Origin: the human T2T-CHM13v2.0 reference genome, Homo sapiens
Assembly: GCF_009914755.1 (NCBI RefSeq)
Contig: NC_060931.1
Strand: one strand, 5' to 3'
DNA: 64,000 nucleotides
This document shows, one piece after another, positions 1-12,186 of the stretch. A program made the position numbers and the translations under genes. Position 1 is the first letter of the stretch, and each line of letters starts with the position of its first letter. Below the pieces are notes generated by a model. That model was not told where the DNA came from. It made no database searches and saw nothing but the letters and a program-made list of their open reading frames with translations.

Positions 1-356
1 AAGTGGCTACTGAGAATCTGCACAGCTCTGTTCTTGGGACCCAAGGCCCTGGTGGCATGGGCTCACGAGGGGATAACCTGATCCACAGATTGCACAGATC
101 CATGGAAAAAGCATGGTTTCCTGGGAGGGATAGCACAATCATTCACCACCTCCCTTGGTTTGGGGAGGAGCTCCCCTTGCCCCACGTGGCTCCTGGGCTT
201 TACCTCACTTTCCATGGGTCATGCCAACCACCTAGTCAGTCAAAATAGGAGAACCTGGATTCCTCAGCTGAAAGTGCAGAATTCATTCACTGTTTTCATT
301 CTTCTTGGTGGGAACCTCTGATCACAGCTATTTCTAGTCTGCCATCTTGGCTTCTC
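1..356 (-). mobile_element. LINE-1 5' UTR end (older L1PA/L1PB-type); element continues beyond the left window edge
   Basis: Resembles the reverse complement of a primate L1 5'UTR and ends in ...GCCATCTTGGCTTCTCC (reverse complement of the CCAAGATGGC YY1-type motif at the L1 start). Confidence 0.7.
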
Positions 357-1920
357 CAAAATTTTTCTAAAAAGAAAGAAACAGCAGAGTGTGTAAGAGG
401 CAAAGAATTTGCCTCAATGCCCAGGTGTAGTGTGGGGGAGGGAAAAGATTTTCATGCCTATCTTCCTAGCTGTGTGGAAACAGAGGGACAGGTTGGAGCC
501 CTCACTTTCCCAGTCTCCTGGTAAGAAGAAATCCCAAAAGAACTATCTTCATATTTGTGTAATTTTTCAATCCTTTTAAATACTTTACCCTCTTGTACTA
601 TAATTGAGAAGTAGCCCTCCTCTTTCTTGAGAGTAGAATGTAATGCCTATATTCTAACAAATTTTTAGGAGAGGGGATGAAGTAGGAATAAGGACTTTAA
701 CTTCCTTAGTAGGGAGGAAAAACAGTTGGGCAGATAAGTTCATGAAAAAGAGAGGACAGATATTGAAGAAGGTAGAATATGAGTTGAGAGTGATTGGGTA
801 ATGTCAGGTAGATTGTGGGGAGTCTGGAAATTATGATGAAAAGATTTGACTTTTTAATTTTAATTAATTTATTCTATGCAAGAGAGAGTACAGGAAAGGG
901 AGAAATTATTGATGATAATTCCTATGTGGAATACATTTGAGAGGTGTTTTGAAGACAGGCAAGGCAAGAGGGCTTGGTGAATATATATGTAGAGCAATGG
1001 AGTGGAGGAATAAAAAATAATTCTGTCATTGAATATATGTAAAAGATGTAAAGCACCCCTGGTAATGTCCTTTTGCTGATTTTTTTGGCCAGTGGACTAT
1101 CAATTTTGGCTAGGTCCAGAAATGGTTAACTTTGGGAAGCTGACTATATTACTGTGAAGTTACTTTATACTGTTAGATAATTTACTTATATTGGTTGAAA
1201 AGCACAGAGTGCTATTTCTTCTCATTCTTTCTTAATTTCTTTTCTTAACTTGTACACAGAAGCCCAGGAATACATTCCAATTCTCCCCTCAAGTTTGTCA
1301 ATAAGAATATCTGCACAGAGCCATGGTCAGGCAAAGGACACTTGCATTACTGGCTGACATCTTGGTTTTAATCTGAGCAGGAGACAAAGCAAGCCAAGTA
1401 GCTTCCCTCTAAATTCATATTTATATATTGGATTGCACTTCTTTGATGGCAAAAACAAGACAAAACACAACAAATACAGACACAAAAACAAAAAAAGACA
1501 GTGCTAGGGGAAAGAGTGATGATAATGGCTCAAGAGGTAATGGGGCAGCCCTGGTCCCTCTTACTTCAGCTGCATTGGCAGGCATCCAAAAAGACAAAGT
1601 GACATTGAGAAGCAGAAACAGAATCCCAGATGAAAGACAGATCATGTCCTTAGCACTATGGCCCAACTATAATGCTCTTGTCCCTGACCAATCTATATTA
1701 GCATCACTTTTTCTTGGAAGAAAGGTTAAACAATTCACAATGTAAAATGTCTACCTTACTAAATGAAGTTTGTGACAACTAAAAAATCCTTAAACATACA
1801 CATTTGTGGCCATGCATATATTCCATTAACTCTCAAAAAATTAACATGTTCACAAAACAAACAGAGAAATGAGGCAGACCAAGTAACTTATTTTAAGTGA
1901 CCAATCAAAACTGTTAACAC

Positions 1921-1979
1921 AGATGTGCACACAGACATCATCAATCAAGATGTGCACACAGACATCACAGTCAATCAAT
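1921..1979. repeat. 27-bp-period tandem duplication
   Basis: AGATGTGCACACAGACATCA occurs at 1921-1940 and 1948-1967, each followed by (CAG)TCAATCAA. Confidence 0.9.
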
Positions 1980-2334
1980 AAAAAGTGAATTAATAAAAAA
2001 TCAATTATTACCTCTTAGCTCAGAAACAATTATGCACATATTGACTTAACTATAGAATTATAGGCAAGTTGAATGAAAGGAGAGATCTCTGATATTCCAC
2101 TGTTGCAGTTAGATGTGCTTTGTTAATGTATTAAAACACCACACTCTTAAACAACAGATTAGCTTCATATGTGTATGAAACTACACTTGGCAAATCACTT
2201 GGGAAGTTGATTCAAGAATGCCATTCTTCACTTTTGTGGGCTTACTCTGACCTGAACCTCACACATTTACCTAATCTAAAGTAGTTGCTCTGAAAGGTTC
2301 AGACAAAAATCAGGCAGAAGTCTCAATTTTCTTC

Positions 2335-2404
2335 ATTTTTTTAGTGAAAAATTTATTTATTGACAAATAAATTTTGCCTATATTTTTCATGTAAATTGTG
2401 TTTG
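2335..2404 (-). mobile_element. Short L1MA-type 3' terminus
   Basis: Reverse complement reads CAAACACAATTTACATGAAAAATATAGGCAAAATTTATTTGTCAATAAATAAA..., resembling an L1MA 3' end with its tail. Confidence 0.5.
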
Positions 2405-2817
2405 GAAAACTAAATATCCACATGCAGAAGAATGAAATTAGAACCTTATCTCACACTGAATACAAAAATCAACTCAAAATAGATTAAAGACTTAAATGTA
2501 AGACCTGAAAATACAAAACTAATAGAAGAAAACATAGTGGAAAGACCCCATGACGTTGGTATGGACAATGACTTTATGTTTATGACCTCCAAAAACACAG
2601 ACAACAAAAGCAGAAATAGACAAATGAGATTACCTGAAACTAAGTATCTTTTGTACAGCAAAGGAAGCAATCGACAGAATGAAGAGACACTATACAGAAT
2701 GGGAGGAAATATTTATAAACTGTACATCTGGTAAGGGGTTAATGTACTAAATATATAAGGAGCTCACAAACAACTCAATAGCAAGAACACAAGTAACCTG
2801 ATTTAAAAAATAGGCAA

Positions 2818-3144
<327 letters not shown>

Positions 3145-3873
3145 TCAGATGAAGACATGCAAATGGGCAACTGGTAAGTGAGAAAATGTTCAATGTCACA
3201 GAGAAATACAACTTTAAGCTGCAAGGAGATGTCACCTCACACCTGTTAAAATGACTATTATCAAAAAGATTTAAAAAATAAGTGCTGGTGAAGATGTGGA
3301 GAAAAGAAAGCACTTGTACACTGCTGGTGGGAATGTAAATTAGTGCAGCCATTAAGGAAACTATGGACGTTCCTCAAAAAATTAAAAATAGAACTACCAT
3401 ATGATTTAGCAATCCCACTTCTGGGTATAATTCCAAAGGAAACGAAATCAGTAAGTTGAAGACATATCTGCACTCTCATGTTTATTGCAGCATTATTTAC
3501 AATAGCCAAGATATGGAATCATCAACCTAAGTGTTCATCAATGGAAGAATGAATAAAGTGTGGTGTATATACACATGGAATACTATTCAGCTGTAAAAAA
3601 ATAAGGATATCCTGCCTTTTGTTACAACATGGGTGAACATGGAGGACATGATGCAAAGTGAAATAAGCCAACCAGAGAAAGACTAACAGTGAATAGTCTC
3701 ACTCATATATGGAATTAAAAGAGTTGCTCTCATAGAAGTACAGAGTAGAATGACGGTTACCAAAGGCTTTTGTGGTTGGGAGATAAAAGTGTTGGAGATA
3801 TCGGTCAAAGGATACAAAATTTTATTTACACAGGAAGAATAAATTCAAGGTATCTGTTAGAAAACATGGTGAC

Positions 3874-4239
3874 TGATACGGTTTAGCTCTGTGTCCCCAC
3901 ACAAATCTCATTTTGTAGCTCCCATAATTCCCACATGTTGTGGGAGTGACCTGGTGGGAGATGATTGAATCATGGGGTTGGGTCTTTCCTGTGCTGTTCT
4001 CATGATAGTGAACAGGCCTCATGAGATCTGATGGTTTTAAAAATGGGAGTTTCCCTGCATAAGCTCTCTCTTTGCCTGCTGCCATCCATGTAAGATGTGA
4101 CTTGCTCCTCCTTGCCTTCCACCACCATTGCTAGGCCTCCTCAGCCATGTGGAGCTGTAAGTCCAATAAACCTCTCTCTTTTGTAAATTGCCCAGTCTCA
4201 GGTATGTCTTTATCAGCAGCATGAAAAAGAACTAATTCA
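3874..4239 (+). mobile_element. THE1A solo LTR (ERVL-MaLR)
   Basis: TGATACGGTTTAGCTCTGTGTCCCCAC...ACTAATTCA with TG..CA ends; 5-bp TSD GTGAC/GTGGC; the host L1 3'UTR resumes after it. Confidence 0.92.
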
Positions 4240-4446
4240 GTGGCTATTGTTAATAATACATTGTATTCTTGAAAAATGCTAAGAGAGTAACTGTATTGTG
4301 TTCTCATCATGAAAATGATGAACTCTCTGAGGTAATCCATATGTTAATTAGCTGAATTTAGTCATTCCACAATGTAAATATATTTCAAAACATATTGTAC
4401 ACAAAAAATACATACAACTTTATCTGTCTATTTTAAAAAAATAAAT

Positions 4447-5465
4447 GAGTAAGCTTTTTGCCCCTTTCTTTGCTCATATATTGTTTTGCTTGATGGTGTC
4501 CTATAAATCTTGTAGGCTTTCCTCTCTCTTCTTTCATTCTTTTTGCCTCAATCTGGGCAATTTCAAATGCCAAGTCTTCAAGTTCACTGATTCTTTCTTT
4601 TGTCTGACCGAGCCTGCTGTTGAAACTCTCCATGGAATGTGTCAGTTTAGTCACTGTGTTCTTCAGCTTCAGAATTTCTGTTTTGTTCTTTTTATGGCTT
4701 CTATCTCTGATGAACTTATTTCATGTATTGTTCATGTATTGTTTTCCTGATTTCATTTAGCTTTGAACTGTTTTCTTGCAGCCTTCTGAGCTTCTTTACA
4801 ATTATTTTGAGTTTTGAGTTTTTTGTTAGGCAGTTCACAGATCTACATTTCTTTAGGGCCAGCTACTGATGCTTTAATTTATTCCCTTGGTGGCATCATG
4901 TTTCCCTGATTACTCATGATCCTTTTGGCCATATGTTGGTGACTGCATATTTGAACAAGTAGAGACCTATTTCAATCTTTGTAGACTGGCTTTGGCAGGT
5001 AAAGCCCTTCACTAGTCATCTTATCCAGAGGTTCTGGGAAAGACTGTCTGGCAGAGTCTATGGGTTGGGTCCATGGGCAGCAGGTTTATGCTGCTAGGGT
5101 TTTGGGCAGGCTAATCTGATACAGATCAGCTGATCCAGGTGGATGGACCTGGAGCTTGGGTCCACAGGAGCTGGCCTGGTGCCTGGGTCTGTGGGGTCAG
5201 GCCTGGAGCTTGTCTACTGGGGTGTGCTTGGAGCCTTTTACTAGGGCAGGTCTGGCTCCTGGGTCCATAGCAGCTAACCTGGTTCTGGGGTCCACTGGGG
5301 TAGTCATGTCCCCTGGGCCCATGGGGTGGGCCTGAAGCTTGTGTCCACAGGAGCTGTCTGAAGCCTGGATCCCTGAAGATATGGAGGCTGACATGGCACA
5401 GGGGTGGTTCTTGAACCCTGAGTCCATGGGGGCTGGCCTGGTGGTGGGGTGAGCTTGGAAGGTCT
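4447..5465 (-). mobile_element. Old LINE-1 (L1M-type) ORF1 remnant and tandem-repetitive 5' region
   Basis: ORF 4433-4654(-) contains SMESFNSRLGQTKERISELED (ORF1p coiled-coil-like); 5130-5460 has degenerate short GC-rich repeats (GGCCTGG...GGGTCCA) typical of old L1M 5' ends. Confidence 0.75.
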
Positions 5466-5817
5466 CAATTTCCTAACTCTTTTTTCTAATTCCCTTTGCT
5501 TCAATTTGTTAATTAAAGTAATAACTATAATAATAGTGAGTGTTTTACTAAATGTTAGACACAGTGATGGGCCTTTAAAAACATTGTCTTGTTTAATCAT
5601 TATAATAAGTTCATAAAGTAGGCATTATCCAATTTTATGGATATGAAAATCATATCTCACAAAAGTTAGATAATCTGACTTAGGTTACCCATTCACCAGG
5701 TGGCAGAGGTAAAATTCAAATTTATCTCTGATTGACTTTTATTTGTCTGAAACTCTGAGGATATTTTTTGATGCAGACACTTAGGTTTTCTTAGACTAAG
5801 TTTATATGTGACTATGA

Positions 5818-5949
5818 ATTAACTATAGTTAGAGGGTTTGAGATTTGATTTTGGGAAGTCATTAACTATAGTTAGAGGGTTTGAGATTTGATTTTGAGAA
5901 GTCATTAACTATAGTTAGAGGGTTTGAGGTTTGATTTTGGGAAGTCATT
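5818..5949. repeat. Minisatellite, 3 copies of a 43-bp unit
   Basis: ATTAACTATAGTTAGAGGGTTTGAGATTTGATTTTGGGAAGTC at 5818, 5861 and 5904; copies 2 and 3 each differ from copy 1 by one base. Confidence 0.97.
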
Positions 5950-6955
5950 TTCTTTAATTAATTGTTTTAGTATTGGTTTCATTGTTAAAAGGATGCATAA
6001 ACTATTTGACACAATTTTCCAGGATGATTTTTGACAGAAATTTAGTCTACCTCCATACTGACTGAATTGGGCATTTTTGACAGCTTCCAATGGTCACATC
6101 AGATATTGAGAGCATTAATATAGAGAAGACAACAGGAAGGAAAGAATCACTGGCTTTATATGAAAGGAAATGTACACATGCATATTCCTTGAAAAAGATT
6201 AACATTCCATGCTACATTTGCCACCAGAGGGAGTCATATGAATACCATAACATATTGTCAAAGGAAAAGAATAATTATTAACTATTTTCTTCCAGTTTCA
6301 TTGATATTTTAAGTAGCATTCAGAATCTGGTAGAACTGGTGCGACTATGGGAAAGAACTTAAACATCTCCTTTAATTAATTAATTGATTACATTGATCGT
6401 AGTGTTGGGTGAAAAACAGAAGAAACATGTTGCTTAAATTAGTAACACAGGGTGAAAGAAACAACCTAATATACACATTCCAGATTTTGGCAAATGAGCT
6501 TAATGTTATGATGAAACTAAAAAATCAAGCTGTGATTTCATTTGTTTTAAAAATAACAATCTACTATTATCAAAACATTGCTTTAAAAATCCTGGAATCA
6601 ACAAGTTCATTCATGTTTCATTAAGCATATTTTATTTTACTGTTATATTGCCTGTATCAGGATGACTGAAATTGTTATTGTCAGTAAATAAAATAAAATA
6701 ACAAAGGCTATTTTATGCACCTGTGCTCTCTGAAACCCAGGCCAAGATTTTCTCAATTGGCATACTAGGGGAAAATGTGAATTATTTAGTAGCTGGTAGG
6801 TTTGTACTCCAGTTTGCTTTATACCTAGTTTTAGAACTGATTAGTTAATAGCATTTACAGAAAACTTCTATATACATAGCACTAAATTGTCCATTAAAAT
6901 CGAGATTCAGTAACAGTTAGAAAATGAGTTCTGAAGTGATATTTATGCTTTTATA

Positions 6956-7136
6956 TAGTGGTTTTCAAAATGTGATCACTGGATCAGACCCACCATGATT
7001 ACCTGGGAACTTATTCAAAATACGAATTCGTGAGTCTCAGTCCAGACCTACTAATTCAGAAAGATCAGAGGTGGAGCCCAGCAGTCTGTGTTTTGACAAG
7101 TGATTCTAATTCACACTTTAAGTTTGAGAACCACTG
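6956..7136. mobile_element. MER5A (hAT-Charlie MITE)
   Basis: TIRs TAGTGGTTTTCAAA ... TTTGAGAACCACTG; internal CCAGACCTACTAATTCAGAA. Confidence 0.85.
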
Positions 7137-8173
7137 ATAATCTCTTGAAAGTAAGTCCAGCAACTTAAGAGAGTTGGAACATGTACTTTCTATATTTTAT
7201 TACAGCAGTTATTTTCTTATGGGTAAATTTTTTAAAATGTATTATTTAATTTAAAAATTTAAATGAATGATCATGGAAAAGAATGCTTAAAAAGAATAAC
7301 TTTTTGTAATATCGAATAGACATACAATAATTGAATTTATAAATAATAAACACATGTGTTTGAGAGGCAAGAGTAAACAATATTTACTTATTGTTAAATG
7401 AGAGAATTTGTTTTTTCCCCCTCTCGACAAGTATTGCTGCATCCAGAGATAACAATTTACTGATTTTTACATTTACAATTTTGAGATTATATAATTGTTT
7501 AAGAACTTTAAAAGAAGATGCTTTAAAAAAGCAAACTTTACAAGGTTAAAGTGAGATTTGCCTAGGAAACTAGAAACAAGGTTAGTATTATGAGATGACT
7601 TGATACTTTATGTGCTTTTGTATTGTCTGAATTTTTACAAGATGTATTCATTACAGTGGAAAGTATACTTCTATTAAATAAAGTGTTTTAAAATTATATT
7701 TTAAAGTCTAGTTGCAAGCAAGTAACTTGAATGTGACATAAAATAAACCTGCTTTTTTTTAACTTTGGCTGGCCCAATAAGTACTGAATTGCTGATATGA
7801 TTATTTTGTAACATGTAGGTTATTTCAGATACAGCTAGTCAAGTACAGTGCAATCAAATTATGAGTAGATGGCCCAGTCGATTTTTTGATTGACCTACAT
7901 GCATGCCATTGATTTCACTGATTATTTAGAATGACCGTAGACATTGATGGATAATTTTGTTACAGTATATTAGGTATAAGATACAAAATAGTAAGCACCC
8001 ACAGAAAATATAACTGTAAACATTTAGTTGAAGCCCTTCCAATTAGATTGCCACATCAAACTAAAAACACCAATTATTTGCGTTTCCTTAGATACAAAGA
8101 ATAATGTCAAGATATTCCTTCCCCTGTTTGCAAAAAAAAGTAAGGTTACATACACATTTGTTGAGGATGGGAT

Positions 8174-9669
8174 TGAGAGGTGACAGCGTGCTGGCAGTCC
8201 TCACAGCCCTCGCTCGTTCTCGGCGCCTCCTCTGCCTGGGCTCCCACTTTGGCGGCACTTGAGGAGCCCTTCAGCCCACCGCTGCACTGTGGGAGCCCCT
8301 TTCTGAGCTGGCCAAGGCCGGAGCCGGCTCCCTCAGCTTGCAGGGACGTGTGGAGGGAGAGGCGCCAGCGGGAACCAGGGCTGCACGCGCGGCGTTTGCG
8401 GGCCAGCTGGAGTTCCGGGTGGGCGTGGGCTTGGCGGGCTCCGCACTCGGAGCAGCCGGCAGGCCCTGCCGGCCCCGGGCAATGAGGGGCTTAGCACCCG
8501 GGCCAGCGGCTGCAGAGGGTGTACTGGGTCCCCCAGCAGTGCCAGCCCACCAGGGCTGCACTCGATTTCTCTCTGGACCTTAGCTGCCTTCCCGTGGGGC
8601 AGGGCTCGGGACCTGCAGCCCCCCCATGCCTGAGCCTCCCACCCACTCCGTGGGCTCCTGTGCGGCCGGAGCCTCCCGGATGAGCGCCACCCCCTGCTCC
8701 ATGGCGCCCAGTCCCATCGACCACCCAAGGGCTGAGGAGTGCGGGGGCACGGTGGCGCGGGACTGGCAGGCAGCTCCACCTGCAGCCCCGGTGCGGGATC
8801 CACTGGGTGAAGCCAGCTGGGCTCCTGAGTCTGGTGGTGACCTGGAGAACCTTTATGTCTAGCTCAGGGATTGTAAATACACCAATTGGCACTCTGTATC
8901 TAGCTCAAGGTTTGTAAACACACCAATCAGCACCCTGTGTCTAGCTCAGGGTTTGTGACTGCACCAATCAACATTCTGTATCTAGGTACTCTGGTGGGGC
9001 CTTGGAGAACCTTTATGTCTAGCTCAGGGATTGTAGATACACCAATAGGCACTCTGTATCTAGCTCAAGGTTTGTAAACACACCAATCAGCACCCTGTGT
9101 CTAGCTCAGGGTTTGTGAATGCACCAATGGACACTCTGTATCTAGCTACTCTGGTGGGGACTTAGAGAACCTTTGTGTCAACACTCTGTATCTAGCCAAT
9201 CTAGTGGGGAAGGTGGAGAACCTTTGTGTCCAGTTCAGGGATTGTAAATGCACCAATCAGTGCCCTGTCAAAACAGACCACTCGGCTCTACCAATCAGCA
9301 GGATGTGGGTGGGGCCAGATAAGAGAATAAAAGCAGGCTGCCCGAGCCAGCAGTGGCAACCTGCTGGGGTCCCCTTCCACACTGTGGAAGGTTTGTTCTT
9401 TTGCTCTTTGCAGTAAATCTTGCTACTGCTCACTCTTTGGGTCCACACTGCTTTTATGAGCTGTAACACTCACTGCGAAGGTCTGCAGCTTCACTCCTGA
9501 GCCAGCGAGACCACGAACCCACCAAAAGGAAGAAACTCCGAACACATCCGAACATCAGAAAGAACAAACTCCAGACACGCCGCCTTTAAGAACTGTAACA
9601 CTCACCGCGAGGGTCCACAGCTTCATTCTTGAAGTCAGTGAGACCAAGAACCCAGCAATTCCGGACACA
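8174..9669 (+). mobile_element. LTR12C (ERV9) solo LTR, ~1.5 kb
   Basis: Starts TGAGAGGTGACAGCGTGCTGGCAGTCC and ends CCGGACACA; perfect 4-bp TSD GGAT (8170-8173 / 9670-9673); CpG-rich U3 and ~41-bp enhancer repeats. Confidence 0.97.
8858..9360 (+). promoter_or_regulatory. ERV9 LTR U3 enhancer repeats and core promoter (CCAAT array, CACCC box, GATA, AATAAA TATA-like box)
   Basis: CCAAT at 8882, 8923, 8964, 9042, 9083, 9124, 9196, 9253 and 9291; GGGTGGGG 9307-9314; AGATAAG 9317-9323; AATAAA 9326-9331. This is the known ERV9 LTR promoter layout; activity of this copy is not shown. Confidence 0.7.
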
Positions 9670-9745
9670 GGATGAGTGGGTGAATGCCTGAACTTACCTG
9701 ATCCTTCTGTAGGAAGCAATGACAACTTTTGGTTTTTATTCTTGG

Positions 9746-10022
<277 letters not shown>

Positions 10023-10523
10023 ATTCCTGTTCTTAAAATGGCCAAATTCACATAAGAGAAAACAAAGTATTGGGCTGGCAATTATCCATCTATAGTCAAA
10101 CTTCTGAAATCTTAGTAGGTGAGTAATGAGGTCACAATAAACAATAAACTTTCTACAATTAAACTTCTCTGGGCTCAAAATTAGAAGCTCCTGATTAGTC
10201 TTTTAAGAGTATGCTCATGATTGTGTGTGGTCACCAGTTGGAGGTTATGTGAAGCACATGTTGTTAGGGCAACATAGTTCCCAGTGAAAAGCCCTGGACT
10301 TGCTCTGTAGAATTTAACCTAAACACTTTTCTGGGTGTGTTAACTTTAAGGAAGCTTAAAAATAACACACAGATTGTAAACTCCGAGTTTCATACAATGA
10401 TGTTCCAAAAAAAGAATGTGCAGGAAAGTTTAGTAAATGATTATACACATGTAAATTATCATTATTCATATGAGCTCTGATTGTTTTCTATGAGTTTCAA
10501 AAACATTGCATTTATATTGATTC

Positions 10524-11970
10524 CTTTTTTTACTTTTGTTTTAGGTTCAGTACATGTGCAAGTTTGTTAGATAGGTAAATTGCATGCCATGGAGGTTTGG
10601 TGTACAGATTGTTTCATCACCCGGTTAATAAGCATAGTAGTACCCAATAGGTAGTTTTTTGATCCTCACCCTCCTCACAGCCTCTACCCTCAAGTAGGCC
10701 TTAATGTCTGTTGTTCCCTTCTTTATGTCTATATGTACTCAATATTTAGCTCCCACTTATAAATGAGAACACACAGTATTTGGTTTTCTGTTCCTGTGTT
10801 AGTTCATTTAGGATAATAGCCTTCACCTCCATCCTTGTTTCTGCAAAGGACATGATCTCATTTTTTTTTAAAGCTGCATAGTATTCCGTGGTGTATATAA
10901 AATATACACCACATTTTCTTTATCAGTTCTACCATTGATAAGCATTTAGGTTGATTCCATGTCTTTGCTATTGTGAGTAGTGCGGCAGTGAACATCTGTG
11001 TGCATGTTTCTTTATGGTATAACAATTTATATTTCTTTGGGTATATATCCCATAATGGAATTGCTGGGTCAAATAATAATTATGTTTTAAGTTCTTTGAG
11101 AAATTACCACACTGCTTTTCACATGGCGGAATGTATTTACATTCCCACCTGCAGTGTGTAAGCATTCCCTTTTCTCCACAACCTCACCAGTATGTTATTT
11201 TTTTACTTTTTAGTAATAGCCATTCTGACTGGTGTGAGATGTATCTTATTGTGGTTTTGATTTGCATTTCTCTAATGATCAGTGATGTTGAACATTTTTT
11301 CATATGCTTGTTGGATATATGTATGTCTTCTTTTGCAAAGTGTCTGTTCATGTCTTTTGCCCTCCTTTTAATAGGATTGTTTGTGTTTGGTTGTTAATTT
11401 GTTTAGGTTCCTTGTAGATGCTGGATATTAGACCTGTATCAAATGCATAGTTTGCAAATATTTTCTCTCATTCTTTAGATTGTCTGTTTACTCAGTTGAT
11501 AGTTTCTTTTGCTGTGCAGAAGATCTTTAGTTTAATTAGCTCCCATTTGTTAATTTGTGTTTTTGTTGCAATTGCTTTTGGCATCTTCATCATGAAATCT
11601 TTGCCAGTCCTATGTCAAGAAAGGTATTTTCTAGGTTAACTTCTAGAGTTTTTACAGTTTTAGGTTTTACATTTAAGTCTTTTATCCATCTTGAGTTGAT
11701 TTTTGTATGTGGTGTAAGGAAGGGGTCCAGTTGCAATCTTCTACATGTGGCTAGCCAGTTATCTCAGCACTATTTATTGAATAGGGAGCCCTTTCCCCAT
11801 TGCTTGTTTTTGTCAACTTTGTTGAAGATCAGATGGTTGTAGGTGTGCAGCATTATTTCTGGGCTTTCTTTTCTGTTCCATTGGTCTATATGTCTGTTTT
11901 GTACCAATGCCATGCTGTTTTGGTCACTGTAGCCTTGCAGCAGAGTTTGAAGTCAGATAATGTGATGACT
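10524..11970 (-). mobile_element. LINE-1 3' fragment (L1PA15/16-like), 5' truncated
   Basis: Poly-T, then GGTAAATTGCATGCCATGGAGGTTTGGTGTACAGATT...CCCTCAAGTAGGCC (3'UTR) and ORF2 C-terminal DNA. Confidence 0.9.
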
Positions 11971-12021
11971 TCTTAAAGCACCCAACAAAAAGAGTTACAA
12001 AACTTCCTGTGAGTTACCTAA

Positions 12022-12186
12022 AGGAAGCAATATACCCTGGTGATGAAGAACCTGGGTTTTTAAGTCAGGTTTGATTTAGCATCTCTATCATGTATAAAAT
12101 GTGTGGCATTGAATAAGTATAGTTTCATTTGTCCTCTGCTCCCATTGTTTTATTCATAAAATGGAAATGACAATAGCTAATTCTTT
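12022..12186 (+). mobile_element. MIR fragment, split by the L1MA1 insertion (resumes ~16821-16865)
   Basis: MIR-core-like TTATTCATAAAATGGAAATGACAATAGCT, continuing after the L1 as ...GCATGAGGATTATATGTGACAAT. Confidence 0.55.

Noticed and set aside
1421-1745. Overlapping 105-aa and 81-aa ORFs in non-repeat DNA
   Set aside because: The 105-aa ORF starts at a TTG, and both run through a low-complexity A/C tract; no domain, splice or codon evidence.
5818-5949. CRISPR-like array (repeats with an internal palindrome)
   Set aside because: Units are head-to-tail with no unique spacers, there are no cas genes, and the context is primate DNA.
8180-8892. Cluster of overlapping ORFs up to 156 aa on both strands
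   Set aside because: All lie in the GC-rich U3 of LTR12C, where stop codons are rare; no recognisable protein motifs.
9692-9700. Perfect minus-strand splice donor CAGGTAAGT next to the LTR12C
   Set aside because: A given 9-mer is expected about 0.5 times in 128 kb of both strands, and I found no partner acceptor.
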